Shown here piece after piece: positions 63,606 through 64,000 of a stretch of 64,000 bases of DNA. The notes beneath the pieces are model-generated. The model worked only from the letters and a program-made list of their open reading frames with translations. It was not told the origin of the DNA and did no database searches. Every line of letters starts with the position of its first letter. Positions within the stretch are counted from its first letter, which is position 1. The stretch is from the NCBI GenBank assembly GCA_047967505.1, contig CM106538.1. The stretch is one strand, 5' to 3'. The DNA comes from Dipteris shenzhenensis (lineage: Eukaryota). Both the position numbers and the translations under genes were made by a program.

Positions 63606-64000
63606 ATGGATTTCCTCCCCGCCCTCTCCCTCGAATCTTCCCTCCTCTCCCTCCTCGCCATCCTTGCCCTTTCCCTCCTCGCCTCCAAACTCTCTTCCCG
63701 TAAGCTTAAGCTCCCCCCCGGCCCCCTTTCCCTCCCCATCTTTGGCAATTGGCTCCAGGTCGGCGACGACCTCAACCACCGTAACCTCGCTGAACTCTCC
63801 CAGAAGTATGGTGACCTCTTCCTCCTCCGCATGGGCCAGCGCAACCTCGTCGTTGTCTCCTCTCCTGAACTCGCCAAGGAGGTCCTCCACACCCAGGGCG
63901 TCGAGTTCGGATCTCGCACCCGGAATGTCGTCTTTGATATCTTCACCGGCAAGGGGCAGGACATGGTCTTTACCGTTTATGGTGATCACTGGAGGCGCAT
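63606..64000 (+). CDS. C4H: Cinnamate 4-hydroxylase (cytochrome P450 CYP73A), 5' part; runs off the window
   Basis: [131 protein letters not shown], the diagnostic CYP73A N-terminus. Confidence 0.98.
   Translation, partial: MDFLPALSLESSLLSLLAILALSLLASKLSSRKLKLPPGPLSLPIFGNWLQVGDDLNHRNLAELSQKYGDLFLLRMGQRNLVVVSSPELAKEVLHTQGVEFGSRTRNVVFDIFTGKGQDMVFTVYGDHWRR

Noticed and set aside
63431-63989. Minus-strand ORFs of 177 and 142 aa
   Set aside because: They are antisense shadows of the C4H coding sequence.

Overview
Eukaryotic land-plant nuclear DNA: spliceosomal introns, Copia/L1/CACTA elements and a CYP73A gene. The species cannot be fixed from the sequence. Two host genes bracket about 57 kb of nested, decayed transposon sequence. 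On the left (- strand, 3934-5556) is a 2-exon gene for a probably plastid-targeted single-pass membrane protein. At the right edge (+ strand, from 63606) is the 5' end of cinnamate 4-hydroxylase (C4H/CYP73A). Between them lie fold-back hairpins, a dyad-symmetric ~180-bp tandem array, several CACTA remnants and termini, a DUF7869/Sola-like DDE transposase pseudogene, two Copia elements (one very young but catalytically degenerate) and two L1 LINE remnants. The most striking content is not visible in the ORF track. The 17.6-33.9 kb block is a compact cluster of decayed chromatin-related genes around that transposase: a protein kinase, a possible PMD-like protein, a BAH-domain protein and a divergent intronless histone H3-like gene. 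The H3-like gene has a long S/T-P-rich tail that still carries the H3K9/S10 motif QTARKST. This is a candidate transposon-borne chromatin-manipulation cassette; that all these genes belong to one element is inference. All translations and alignments were done by eye.
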